Part shown: positions 26,258 through 35,496 of the stretch, piece after piece | Layout: every line of letters starts with the position of its first letter | Position numbering within the stretch: position 1 is the first letter of the stretch | Assembly: GCA_039920165.1 (NCBI GenBank) | Contig: JBDSEG010000293.1 | Span: forward strand, 1 to 60,309 | Direction of reading: 5' to 3' | DNA from: Burkholderiaceae bacterium | Lineage (GTDB): Bacteria > Pseudomonadota > Gammaproteobacteria > Burkholderiales > Burkholderiaceae_C | DNA: 60,309 nt | Notes under the pieces: model-generated | The model's database searches: none | What the model was told of the DNA's origin: nothing | What the model saw: the letters and a program-made list of their open reading frames with translations, nothing else | Made by a program: the position numbers and the translations under genes

Positions 26258-26848
26258 GTGAATCCGGACGCGATGGCCTGGACCGCTGCGATCGCGCTCG
26301 GCGGGGTGTTGCTCGCGGCGGGCGTGCTGGCTTATGCCGTGGCGCTCTACAACGGGCTGGTGCAGGTGCGCCACCAGGTTGACCAGGCGTGGGCCAACAT
26401 CGACGTGCTGCTGCGCCAGCGCCACGACGAACTGCCGGCGCTGATCGGCGCGGTCGCGGGCCATGCGGCATACGAACGCGCCTTGCTCGAACGGGTGACG
26501 ACCCTGCGGGCGCAGGTGAGCGCCGGCGGCGCCGATGTGCCGGGCCGGCTGGCGTCCGAACAGATGCTGTCGAGCGGCGTGGTGCAACTGCTCGCCGTCG
26601 CGGAGAACCAGCCGACGCTGCACGCCGACGCCTCGTTCCGCAAACTGCAGGCGCGCGCGTCGGCGCTCGAAAGCCAGATCGCGCAGCGGCGCAACTTCTA
26701 CAACGAGGCCGTCAGCCTGAACAACGTGCGCCGCGAGTCGTTCCCCGACCGCCTGTTCGCACCGCTGGCGCGCTTGGTGCAGCGACCGCTGTTCACCGCC
26801 GACGAACCCGACCGGGCCGACGTCGACATCGAAATACGTGCCGGCTGA
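26258..26848 (+). CDS. lemA: LemA family protein
   Basis: N-terminal TM helix followed by YNGLVQVRHQVDQAWANIDVLLRQRHDELPALI...RRNFYNEAVSLNNVRRESFP. GTG start at 26258, or ATG at 26273. Confidence 0.85.
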   Translation: MNPDAMAWTAAIALGGVLLAAGVLAYAVALYNGLVQVRHQVDQAWANIDVLLRQRHDELPALIGAVAGHAAYERALLERVTTLRAQVSAGGADVPGRLASEQMLSSGVVQLLAVAENQPTLHADASFRKLQARASALESQIAQRRNFYNEAVSLNNVRRESFPDRLFAPLARLVQRPLFTADEPDRADVDIEIRAG

Positions 26849-26865
26849 CGGTGCGCCGGACCGGC

Positions 26866-27564
26866 TCAGCAACCAAGCTGTTCGGCCAGGTCGATCAGCC
26901 CCTGCGCCGAGAGGTCGACCGGCACCGTCGCCACGCTTTCGCCGCGCCCGGGTCCACGCTCGTCGGGCCGCGCGATGAAGGCGGTGCGCAGGCCGGCCGC
27001 GGCGGCGGCAGCGAGGTCGGACGAGTGCGCGGCGACCATCAGCGCCTCGCCCGGCGCACAGTCGAAGGCAGAGGCGGCGCTCAGGTAGACGACCGGCTTG
27101 GGTTTGTAATCGCGCGCGAGCTCGGCGCCGACGATCGCGTCCCACGGAAAACCGTTACGCCGCGCCAGATCGACCATCAGCGAGATATTGCCGTTCGAGC
27201 ACGGCGCGATGCGGTATCTGGCGCGCAGCCGCAGCAGTCCGGCGGGCACGTCAGGCCACGCATCGAGCCGATGCCACGCGAGGTTGAGGGCGACTTTCGC
27301 CGGCTCGTCAAGCGCTTCGTCGAGGCCGAGCTCGCGCAGCACCACGTCAAGGTTGCGCCGGTGCAGCACGTCGAGCTTGGAGAACGGCAGCCGGCCACTG
27401 CGCACGTCCTCCATTGCCGGCTGGTACTGGTCGCGCCAGGCATCGGCGAAGGCCTCGCCGTCCACGGTATCCCCGAGCGCCGTCCGCACCTCGCGGGCGA
27501 TCGAGGTGCGCCAGTCGACGAGGGTGCCGAAGATATCGAAGACGAGGGCGGAAACGGGCGGCAT
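26866..27564 (-). CDS. Haloacid dehalogenase type II (HAD superfamily)
   Basis: Motifs LVFDIFGTLVDW (DxxGT motif), SNGN, KPKP and VAAHSSDL. 232 aa. Confidence 0.8.
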   Translation of the reverse strand: MPPVSALVFDIFGTLVDWRTSIAREVRTALGDTVDGEAFADAWRDQYQPAMEDVRSGRLPFSKLDVLHRRNLDVVLRELGLDEALDEPAKVALNLAWHRLDAWPDVPAGLLRLRARYRIAPCSNGNISLMVDLARRNGFPWDAIVGAELARDYKPKPVVYLSAASAFDCAPGEALMVAAHSSDLAAAAAAGLRTAFIARPDERGPGRGESVATVPVDLSAQGLIDLAEQLGC

Positions 27565-27669
27565 GGCGGCTCCTGGACGGGCTGAGTCGCTGCGGATTGT
27601 CGGACGCCGCGCCGCCGCCTACGTCATCCGGGGCTAAGCTCACTGCCGTTGCCGCACCGAAAGCCCGCC

Positions 27670-28458
27670 ATGTCCGTTCGCCCGCTGATCGCGCCCTCGC
27701 CCGCGCATGCCGACCTCGATGCCGACGCGGCCGTCACCGCCCGCGTCCACCTTGCCGGCGCATTGCGACTGGCGGCTCTGCACGAGCTCGACGAAGGCAT
27801 CGACAACCACTTTACGCTGACGCTGCCGGGCGCCGAAGGCCAGTACCTGATCCTGCCCTTCGGTGGGCACTGGTCGCACGCGCGGGCGAGCGAGCTCGTG
27901 GTGTTCGACGAGCAGGGGAATGTTTCAGGCGACGATCTGCGCGCGCTCGAACTGTCGGCTCAGTGCATCCACGCGCCGATCCACCGCATCACCGGCGCAC
28001 GGGCCGTGCTGCACACCCACCAGACCTGGGCGATGGCGCTCAATATGCTGCAGGACAACCGGCTGCTGCCGGCCAGCCAGACCGCGGCCTTCTTCGACGG
28101 CCAGATCGCGTACGACGACCATTACACCGGCCTGGCGGCTTCGCTCGAGGAAGGCGAGCGGCTTGCCGATCTGATGGGCGACAAGCCGATCGTCTTCATG
28201 AAGAACCACGGCGTGCTCGTGACCGGCGACAGCGTCGCGCAGGCCTACCGACGCCTGTACCGGCTCGAGCGCGTGTGCCGCAACCAGATCCTCGCGCTGT
28301 CCACGGGCCGTCCGCTGGAGCTGCTGCCGCCGGACATCGTGGCGCGCGTGCGGGCCACGAACCCGAACGACCGCCATTCGCGCGCCGAGCGCGAGCGGCT
28401 GTTCTTCGAGGCGATGCTCGCCGTGCTCGACCGTGAACTGCCGGGGTATCGGGACTGA
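27670..28458 (+). CDS. Class II aldolase/adducin-family protein
   Basis: Motifs IHAPIHRITGARAVLHTHQTWAMAL and FMKNHGVLVTGDSVAQAY. The ATG at 27670 is preferred to the TTG at 27649. Confidence 0.75.
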   Translation: MSVRPLIAPSPAHADLDADAAVTARVHLAGALRLAALHELDEGIDNHFTLTLPGAEGQYLILPFGGHWSHARASELVVFDEQGNVSGDDLRALELSAQCIHAPIHRITGARAVLHTHQTWAMALNMLQDNRLLPASQTAAFFDGQIAYDDHYTGLAASLEEGERLADLMGDKPIVFMKNHGVLVTGDSVAQAYRRLYRLERVCRNQILALSTGRPLELLPPDIVARVRATNPNDRHSRAERERLFFEAMLAVLDRELPGYRD

Positions 28459-28568
28459 ACCGCTGTCGCGTCGTGCGAGCGGCGCGTCCGTCTTTCGTCC
28501 CTGCGTGCCGAGCCGGGACCGCGCCCTGGGCTGACGTCGCCGGTCGGGCCTCCCGGTCACAATGGGCA

Positions 28569-29540
28569 ATGATCGACCGCCGCCGCTGCATCGTGCCGTT
28601 ATTGGCGTGGGCCGTGCCAGTGCCGCCCGCTTGGGCGAAGCCGGCCTCGCGGGCCTACCGGATCGGCTGGCTCACGCCGTCCACGGTGCCCGAGCCCGAG
28701 CGCGAATTCCGCGCTGCGATGACCCGTCTCGGCTACCTCGACGGCCGCAACGTCGTCTACGACAGCCTGTCCGCGCAGGACGAAGTCGGTCGCTTGCCCG
28801 CGCTCGCTGCCCAGCTCGTGAAGGGAAAGGCCGACGTCATCGTCGCAGTCAGCCCGTTTGCAATCCTCCCGGCACGGCAGGCGACCGACGTGATTCCGAT
28901 CGTAATGGCGTTCTGGGGCGGCGGCGGGCTCATCGAGTCAGGACTGGTCCGCAGCCTCGCCCGCCCCGGCGGGACGGTGACCGGTGTCTCCATGCTGCCC
29001 GACGAACTCGAAGGCGAGCGGCTCGAACTGTTGCTCGATCTGGCGCCCAAGGCGCGGCGCATCGGGGTCCTATGGCCGGACCAGAGCTTCGACGCGCCGG
29101 ATGTGCAGCGCGTGGCACGTGCCTCGGGTGTCGTCTTGCGCGTCGTTGCAAGTGGCGACGGCAGCGACGCCTACCGGAGCACCATGGCCGAACTGGCCGG
29201 CGAGCGTGTCGAGGCCTTGCTCGTTCCCTCGCTTCCGCGCTACTTTCGCGACGCACGCCAGATCATCAACCTCGTGGCGTCACTGAAGCTTCCCGCGATC
29301 TACGAGTCGCCCGTCATGGCCGACATGGGCGGCCTGATCGCCTACGGACCGCGGCTCGAGGTGCTCGAATCTCGCGTCGCCAGCTATGTCGACCGAATTC
29401 TTAAAGGCGCCAAGGCGGGCGACCTGCCCATCGAGCAGCCGAGCACGTTCGAGCTCGTCGTCAATCAGACGACGGCTCGGGCCATGGGCATCGTCGTGCC
29501 GGGGTCGCTCGCCCTTCGCGCCGACCGCGTGATCGGCTGA
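28569..29540 (+). CDS. ABC transporter substrate-binding protein (PF04392-like, orphan: no permease or ATPase adjacent)
   Basis: Signal peptide MIDRRRCIVPLLAWAVPVPPAWA, then YRIGWL...ELLLDLAPKARRIGVLW...PAIYESPVMADMGGLIAYGP...ILKGAKAGDLPIEQPSTFELVVN. Confidence 0.7.
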   Translation: MIDRRRCIVPLLAWAVPVPPAWAKPASRAYRIGWLTPSTVPEPEREFRAAMTRLGYLDGRNVVYDSLSAQDEVGRLPALAAQLVKGKADVIVAVSPFAILPARQATDVIPIVMAFWGGGGLIESGLVRSLARPGGTVTGVSMLPDELEGERLELLLDLAPKARRIGVLWPDQSFDAPDVQRVARASGVVLRVVASGDGSDAYRSTMAELAGERVEALLVPSLPRYFRDARQIINLVASLKLPAIYESPVMADMGGLIAYGPRLEVLESRVASYVDRILKGAKAGDLPIEQPSTFELVVNQTTARAMGIVVPGSLALRADRVIG

Positions 29541-29874
29541 CACGCGCCATCGTGCGTTCCGTCGCACGCGCAGCCGCGGTGACACGCTCGAGCAGCGCCA
29601 TCGCGCAAGCGTGCGCCACGCCGGCGCGCCCGCTGCCGTCCAGATCCGGCAGGCAGCGGTTGGTGGCGAAAAAGATGTTCTCGGCGATGCCCTGCAGCGC
29701 ATTCGGCGGGCCGGCGAAGTCGCCGATCGGCAGCAGCCCCATCTCGTCGCGCGTCAAGCGCAGCGCGCTGCGGGCGGCGGCCTGGTACACGTCGGCCGGG
29801 AGCGGCTGCAGGTGACGCTCGGCAAGATCGAGCGCGACGACCAGATCGCGAAGCTGTTTGATCCTGGCATTCAT
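29461..29874 (-). CDS. Hypothetical protein (137 aa)
   Basis: ATG at 29874. High third-position GC holds over ~110 codons (hand count), which supports coding. The last ~26 codons overlap the convergent gene ending at 29540. Confidence 0.45.
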   Translation of the reverse strand: MNARIKQLRDLVVALDLAERHLQPLPADVYQAAARSALRLTRDEMGLLPIGDFAGPPNALQGIAENIFFATNRCLPDLDGSGRAGVAHACAMALLERVTAAARATERTMARVSRSRGRREGRATPARRCPWPEPSSD

Positions 29875-30109
29875 GAGCTGCACGCTCCGGATGAACCTGT
29901 TCTCGGAAGAATCGGCGTTTTGCGGGACGCCTTGAGCGTCTCGACGAATTGAATCTTGCGTCGCGCGAACGAAGTCGGCGCCGAGGCGTGGCCACAAAGT
30001 CGACGTGTCGACAATTTCACGTTCGCCAGACGATCTCGCCAGCAGTCGCCGACACTTGCGAACACCGTTTTCCGACCCATTTGCATCCTCCGCTTGAAAG
30101 AGTCATTCC

Positions 30110-30562
30110 ATGAGCAGCTATCGAAAAACGCCCGAGGCCGTCGCCGCCCTCACCCCCGAGCAATACCGCGTGACGCAGCAGAGTGCGACCGAGCGTCCGG
30201 GCAGCGGCGAATATCTCGACAACCACGAGCCCGGCGTCTATGTCGACATCGTCTCGGGCGAGCCGCTGTTCGCGTCGTCCGACAAGTTCGAATCGGGCTG
30301 CGGCTGGCCGAGCTTCACGAAACCGATCTCGCCGGCGCACGTGAACGAGTTGCGCGACGTCACGCACGGCATGGTCCGCACCGAAGTGCGCTCGACGAAT
30401 GCCGACAGCCACCTCGGCCACGTCTTCGAGGACGGCCCGGCGGATCGCGGCGGATTGCGCTACTGCATCAATTCGGCTTCGCTGCGCTTCGTTCCCCGCG
30501 ACGAGATGCAGGCGCAAGGTTATGGCGACTACATCGACCAAGTGGCGGAGGACAGGACATGA
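30110..30562 (+). CDS. msrB: Peptide-methionine (R)-S-oxide reductase
   Basis: Motifs GCGWPSF and [11 protein letters not shown]. 150 aa. Confidence 0.9.
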   Translation: MSSYRKTPEAVAALTPEQYRVTQQSATERPGSGEYLDNHEPGVYVDIVSGEPLFASSDKFESGCGWPSFTKPISPAHVNELRDVTHGMVRTEVRSTNADSHLGHVFEDGPADRGGLRYCINSASLRFVPRDEMQAQGYGDYIDQVAEDRT

Positions 30563-31074
30563 CAACGACGACGACCGAACGTGCCGTGCTCGCAGGCGGC
30601 TGCTTCTGGGGCATGCTGGATCTGATCCGCAAGCAGCCCGGCGTGATGTCGACCCGTGTCGGCTATACCGGTGGCGAGGTGCCGAATGCGACCTACCGCA
30701 ACCACGGCAATCATGCCGAGGCGATCGAGATCGTGTTCGACCCGCAGCGAACGAGCTATCGCAACCTGCTCGAATTCTTCTTCCAGATCCACGACCCGAC
30801 GACCAAGAACCGGCAGGGCAACGACCGCGGAGCGAGCTACCGCTCGGCGATCTACTTCACCGATGACCAGCAGAAGCGGGTCGCGCTGGACACCATCGCC
30901 GACGTCGATGCCTCCGGCCTGTGGCCCGGGCGCGTGGTGACCGAACTCGCGCCGGCCGGCCCGTTCTGGCAGGCCGAGGCCGAGCACCAGGACTATCTCG
31001 AACGCCTCCCGAACGGCTATACCTGCCACTTCGTGCGGCCGGGCTGGAAGCTGCCGCGCCGCGCCAGCGCTTGA
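30559..31074 (+). CDS. msrA: Peptide-methionine (S)-S-oxide reductase
   Basis: The ATG at 30559 overlaps the msrB stop (ATGA). Motifs GGCFWG, GYTGG and [11 protein letters not shown]. Confidence 0.9.
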   Translation: MTTTTTERAVLAGGCFWGMLDLIRKQPGVMSTRVGYTGGEVPNATYRNHGNHAEAIEIVFDPQRTSYRNLLEFFFQIHDPTTKNRQGNDRGASYRSAIYFTDDQQKRVALDTIADVDASGLWPGRVVTELAPAGPFWQAEAEHQDYLERLPNGYTCHFVRPGWKLPRRASA

Positions 31075-31147
31075 GCGGAAGGGCAGCTCAATCACCCTGA
31101 GCGTGTCGGATGGCCGCGCTCAGCCCGAACGAGGCTTGTATCGCGCG

Positions 31148-33895
31148 TCAGGGTAGATCGACACCGATGTCGATGCGCTGGCGCTCGCGCAGCGCGGCGC
31201 ACAGGCGCACCTCCTCGATCGTCTGTGCGAGTGCGCGCGGCCCGCCGTCGAGCGCGGCCACGCGCGACCCGAAGCGCTCCTGCAGCGCATCGGCCTCCGG
31301 CTCGCTGCACATATCGTCGGCATAGGCCCGCACCACCCGGACGGCGAACGGTGCGACGCGCGCCGCCACGCTGTCGAAATGCTCGACGATCCATTCGCGA
31401 ATGGCCGGGCGCGCGGCACGGTCACCGTCCTTTTCGCGGCGCAGCAGCAAAGGGATCTCGTTGCGGCGCAGCGCATCGGGGACGAGCACCAGCGCGCGCA
31501 GCCTCGCCTGCTGCGGCGGTTCGCGCGCCGCATTCAGGGCCGCCAGCAGATCGCCGCGCAGATTCGCGTCGGTGCTCGCCGCGAGCTGCGTCATGAGCGC
31601 TTCGAAGACATCGGCCGCGCCATCCTGCTGCAACGCCACCACGAGGGCCAGGCCGCGCACTTCGGCAGCCGCGGCATCGAGGTGCAGGCGGCCGTCTCCG
31701 GGCGCGGCATCGGCCGCGATCGGCAGCCCGAGCATGCGACGGCCTTGCAGGGCGAGCGTGGCGCGCAACTCGGGATCACGCCCTGCGCGCGCCAGCACGT
31801 GCATCAAGCGCAGGCGAAACAGCGCATCCGTCTCGGTTTCGCCCGGCCGCGGCACGCTGCCGAGAGCCGCCAGACGGGGGGCATATAGCCTGCGCAGCAG
31901 GCCGCGCAGGCTCGCCTCCTGGGCGGGGGTCGGGTCGAGATGGAGCAGCATCCACTCGATGGTCTCGGCCGGCGCGAGCGCCGTCTCCAGCGCCGGTGCC
32001 GCAGCCAGTCGCGTGCTGGCACGCAGGAAGCGCGGCACGTCGATCACGCCGGCGCTGAAAGCCGCGTCGATTGAGTCGGCATACGCGCGCTGCTCGCGCT
32101 CGTCCAGGCGATCGAAATTGGCTTCCAGCGCCGCCGCATCCTCGGCGCCGAGCGCGAAGCGGTAGTAGCCGGCGCCGCCCGCATTCGGCATGACCCAGGC
32201 CGGGCAACTCGGCGCCTTCAAGGCGAGCACGTTGCTGCTCGCGCCGACGAGGCTGCACTGCGATCCGCCACCGCCTTGCGCATCGCCCCAGCGCACGCAC
32301 ACCGGGACCCGCCACGCGCCCGCGCTCGACGCCGCCGAGCCGACCGGCAGGAAGCGCGACTGGACGATGCGCAACCGCGGCGCGGCGCCCTGCGGGCAGT
32401 CGAGCGCGACCTGCAGCATGGGCACGCCGGGCTGGTCGAGAAAGCTGCCGATCGCCGCGCGCAGCGCGGCCGGGTCGTCGCTCCGTGCCGCGAGCGAGGC
32501 GACCAGATCGGCGCTCGTCGCGTTGCCCCTCGCGTGCCGGTGCAGATAAGCCCGGATGCCGTTTCGAAAGCGATCCTCGCCCAGATAGCGCTCGAACATC
32601 GACAGCACCGCGGCGCCCTTGGCGTAGGTGATGCGATCGAACGCAGAAGCTACATCGGTCGACGCGCGAATGGGCTCGCGGATGCGCCGCGTCGCGGCCA
32701 GGCTGTCCTGCTCCATCGCGGCGAGCGTGCGGCCCTGCTGATACAGCTCGGGACGCCGGTCGGGCTGCAGCGTGCCGACGACCTTGGCTGACATCCAGGT
32801 CGCGAACGATTCGTTCAGCCACACGTCGTCCCACCACGGCATGGTGACGAGGTCGCCGAACCACTGGTGCGCGAGTTCGTGCGCGTGCACCGCATACGAC
32901 GCATAGCGCAGTGGCAGGTCGGAGTGCTCGTCGGCATACAGGAGCCGGTCGCGGTAGACGATGAGGCCGGGGTTTTCCATCGCGCCGTTGCCGAAGTCGG
33001 GCGCCGCCAACAGGTCGAGCTTGTCGAACGGATAGGCGATGCCGAAATAAGCCTCGAGCGCTGCCACGATCTCGGCCGTGCTACCCAGCATGTAGCGCAT
33101 GCGCGGGCCCTGGCCGCGCGGCGCGATGCCACGCAGCGCAACCGGCCGCGCGCGCACCGCGTTGGGCGGCAGGGGCTCTGCATCGACCACGTCCCAAGGC
33201 CCGACCGCAAAGGCGATCAGGTAGCTCGGCAGCGGCAGCGTGGTCGCGAAGACGAGCTCCTTCCAGCCCGGCGCAGCGGGCAGCGTGCGCAGCAGGCGCG
33301 TATTCGCCGCGCCCTGCATCGCCTCGGGAATGGTGAGACGGATATCCCACGGCTGCTTGAAGCTCGGCTCGTCGAAGGCCGGAAAGGCATGGCGGGCGCC
33401 GAGCGCTTCCATCTGCGTGAGCACGTAGTCCTCGTCGGCGGCGCGAGCCTTGTAGGCGCCCTGAAGCTGGCCGAAGGGTGCGTCGAAGGCGATCTCGATT
33501 CGCGCCCGCCCGGCGGCCATCCTGCGGGCTAGATCGAGGCGCAGCACGCCCGACGCATCGGCGCTCGTAACCGCCAAGGGCCTAGGCGCGCCGCCCTGCG
33601 GGGTGAGCGTGGCGCGCACGATGCGAAGCTCGCTGCCGTGCAGCCAGACCGTTCGCGTCGGCCGCGTCACGCGAACGTCGATTTGCACCTTGCCGCTGAA
33701 GCGTTCCTCGCGCGGGTCGACCGTGAGCGCGAGAACAACGTGGGTCGGCATGACGTTGCGTGGCAGCCGGCCGGCCGGCACCGGGATCGCCGCCTTGGTC
33801 ACGGCCGGCGCCTTGGTGGCGGGGAGCACGCTGCCCGGAACGAATGCGCCCGACAGCGCTACCAGGCAGGCGGCGAGGTGACGACGAAGGTCCAA
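31148..33895 (-). CDS. M1-family zinc aminopeptidase (aminopeptidase N-like), secreted or periplasmic
   Basis: Motifs GAMENPG and HELAHQWFGDLVTMPWWDDVWLNESFA (HExxH-18-E). Signal-like N-terminus LDLRRHLAACLVALSGAFVPG. TTG start with AAGGA 6 nt upstream. Confidence 0.85.
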   Translation of the reverse strand: MDLRRHLAACLVALSGAFVPGSVLPATKAPAVTKAAIPVPAGRLPRNVMPTHVVLALTVDPREERFSGKVQIDVRVTRPTRTVWLHGSELRIVRATLTPQGGAPRPLAVTSADASGVLRLDLARRMAAGRARIEIAFDAPFGQLQGAYKARAADEDYVLTQMEALGARHAFPAFDEPSFKQPWDIRLTIPEAMQGAANTRLLRTLPAAPGWKELVFATTLPLPSYLIAFAVGPWDVVDAEPLPPNAVRARPVALRGIAPRGQGPRMRYMLGSTAEIVAALEAYFGIAYPFDKLDLLAAPDFGNGAMENPGLIVYRDRLLYADEHSDLPLRYASYAVHAHELAHQWFGDLVTMPWWDDVWLNESFATWMSAKVVGTLQPDRRPELYQQGRTLAAMEQDSLAATRRIREPIRASTDVASAFDRITYAKGAAVLSMFERYLGEDRFRNGIRAYLHRHARGNATSADLVASLAARSDDPAALRAAIGSFLDQPGVPMLQVALDCPQGAAPRLRIVQSRFLPVGSAASSAGAWRVPVCVRWGDAQGGGGSQCSLVGASSNVLALKAPSCPAWVMPNAGGAGYYRFALGAEDAAALEANFDRLDEREQRAYADSIDAAFSAGVIDVPRFLRASTRLAAAPALETALAPAETIEWMLLHLDPTPAQEASLRGLLRRLYAPRLAALGSVPRPGETETDALFRLRLMHVLARAGRDPELRATLALQGRRMLGLPIAADAAPGDGRLHLDAAAAEVRGLALVVALQQDGAADVFEALMTQLAASTDANLRGDLLAALNAAREPPQQARLRALVLVPDALRRNEIPLLLRREKDGDRAARPAIREWIVEHFDSVAARVAPFAVRVVRAYADDMCSEPEADALQERFGSRVAALDGGPRALAQTIEEVRLCAALRERQRIDIGVDLP

Positions 33896-34006
33896 GGCGT
33901 CCTTTCAAGGCTACTGCGAAAACGGCAGTATCCCGCGCCGGCAGGCGGGCCGCCCCGAGACACTGGGACAGGGTGCGGCCTATCGGCGCCGGCACAATCT
34001 CGCCGC

Positions 34007-34948
34007 ATGAACGCTCCCCATCCGGAATTCCAGGTCCTGCCGCGCGACCTGTCGCCCTACCGCTCCGGCAATACCGGCATCGACTATGTGCACCGCTTCG
34101 AATCGGGCCGGCCCGGTCCGCACGTGATGGTCAATGCGCTCACCCACGGCAACGAGTTCTGCGGCATGGTCGCGGTCTGCCATCTGCTGGACACCGGCGT
34201 GCGGCCGAAGATCGGCACGCTCACGCTCAGCTTCGCCAACGTCGCCGCCTACGAGACCTTCGACCCCGCGCGACCGTTCGACAGCCGGCTCGTCACGCAC
34301 AACCTAAACCGCATCTGGTCGCCGACCTGGCTCGACGGCGCCGAGGACAGCGTCGAACTTCAGCGCGCCCGCGCCATGCGCCCGGCGGTGGCGGCGGCCG
34401 AGCACATCCTGGACATCCACTCGACGAGCCAGGATGTGATTCCGTTCTGGGTCTATCCCGCCTTCGAACGCAACGCCGCGGTCGCCAGCGCCCTGCCCAG
34501 GCCCGGTGTTCATCTGGTGATGCCGGCCGGCCTGGGCTCGGGCACGCCGCTGATCCAGCACGGCGCCCACGGCGATGGCGCATCGACCGCCGGCACGGCG
34601 CTGGTGGTCGAGTGCGGACAGCATTTCAAACAGGCGAGCGCCGATCTGGCGACTGCGGTCGCGCTCGATTTCCTCGGCCACTTCGGCCTCGTCGACCGGC
34701 CGGCGGCTGCGCCGATGCCAACTGCGTCGCGCCGCTTCGAGCTGCTGCGAACCCACGTCGTGCAGCACGCCGACTTCGCCTTCGCCCGACCGGTGGTCGG
34801 CTTCGAAACCTTTGCCGGCGACGAACTCATCGCCACCGACGGCCCGCTCGAGATCCGCGCGCCCTGCGACGACTGCACGATCTTCATGCCCACGCGCGAG
34901 CCGATCGTGGGGCGTGAAGGCGTCTATCTGACACGGCCGATCGGCTGA
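34007..34948 (+). CDS. Succinylglutamate desuccinylase/aspartoacylase (AstE/AspA) family protein
   Basis: The ATG at 34007 is internal to the track ORF. Motifs VNALTHGNEFCG and ILDIHST, typical of M14-like AstE/AspA zinc hydrolases. Confidence 0.7.
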   Translation: MNAPHPEFQVLPRDLSPYRSGNTGIDYVHRFESGRPGPHVMVNALTHGNEFCGMVAVCHLLDTGVRPKIGTLTLSFANVAAYETFDPARPFDSRLVTHNLNRIWSPTWLDGAEDSVELQRARAMRPAVAAAEHILDIHSTSQDVIPFWVYPAFERNAAVASALPRPGVHLVMPAGLGSGTPLIQHGAHGDGASTAGTALVVECGQHFKQASADLATAVALDFLGHFGLVDRPAAAPMPTASRRFELLRTHVVQHADFAFARPVVGFETFAGDELIATDGPLEIRAPCDDCTIFMPTREPIVGREGVYLTRPIG

Positions 34949-34973
34949 AGACCGCCGCGCACCCGGACACGGT

Positions 34974-35486
34974 TCAAGCCGGCCCTCGGAACCCGCTCTC
35001 GATCCAGGCCGAGGCACTTCGCACGTTCAGACGGAACGCGGGATCGACGCCGACCCGCGCCAGTTCGTCGCCCGCCGCATCGAATGCGCTCAGCTGGGCG
35101 CGTGCATCCTCATCGCCGGCCTCGATATCCAGCCTGACCTCGATACGGCCGGCGCCCGCCGTGACGGTGACGCTGCGGTGCCGTGCCGCATGATCTTGCT
35201 GCTCGTGGCGCCGCAGCACCTCGGCGGCGGTCTTCACGAGCGTCAGAAAGGCCGACTGGTCGAGCGGCTTCGGGTTCTTCTTGTCGCGCCCCATGGTCCA
35301 CGGCCCGACCAGCGCCGGCTCGGCTTCGCCATCCTTCACCATCTCGACCGCCCAGCCCTCGTCGTCCTCGTTCTTCACCACCCGCGCGGTCCAGCCGGTA
35401 TCGCGCCAGAGGCGGGCTTCGTTGACGGCGGCAGGGGCGTCGGGGTCGGTTTCGGTCATCCGCCAATTGTCGTTCAGCGTCGTCAT
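34974..35486 (-). CDS. Hypothetical acidic protein (170 aa)
   Basis: ATG start. It lies 10 nt downstream of the TPR gene on the same strand. No recognisable motif. Confidence 0.5.
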   Translation of the reverse strand: MTTLNDNWRMTETDPDAPAAVNEARLWRDTGWTARVVKNEDDEGWAVEMVKDGEAEPALVGPWTMGRDKKNPKPLDQSAFLTLVKTAAEVLRRHEQQDHAARHRSVTVTAGAGRIEVRLDIEAGDEDARAQLSAFDAAGDELARVGVDPAFRLNVRSASAWIESGFRGPA

Positions 35487-35496
35487 CGGAGCCCGG

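Noticed and set aside
24605-27145. 846-aa minus-strand ORF across the DUF305, GIDE-like and LemA genes
   Set aside because: It is antisense to three genes with TM-helix and family motifs. The sequence is Arg/Ala-rich with no motif.
22040-27564. Two dehalogenase-type genes (haloacetate dehalogenase-like 22040..22939 and HAD type II 26866..27564) as a haloacid degradation cluster
   Set aside because: They are separated by unrelated genes on mixed strands, with no transporter or regulator linking them. This is likely coincidental proximity of common hydrolase families.
31097-31123. Hairpin CTGAGCG-N11-CGCTCAG between convergent msrA and the aminopeptidase gene as a terminator
   Set aside because: It has only a 7-bp stem with a large loop and no T-tract on either strand. 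That is too weak to call as a feature.
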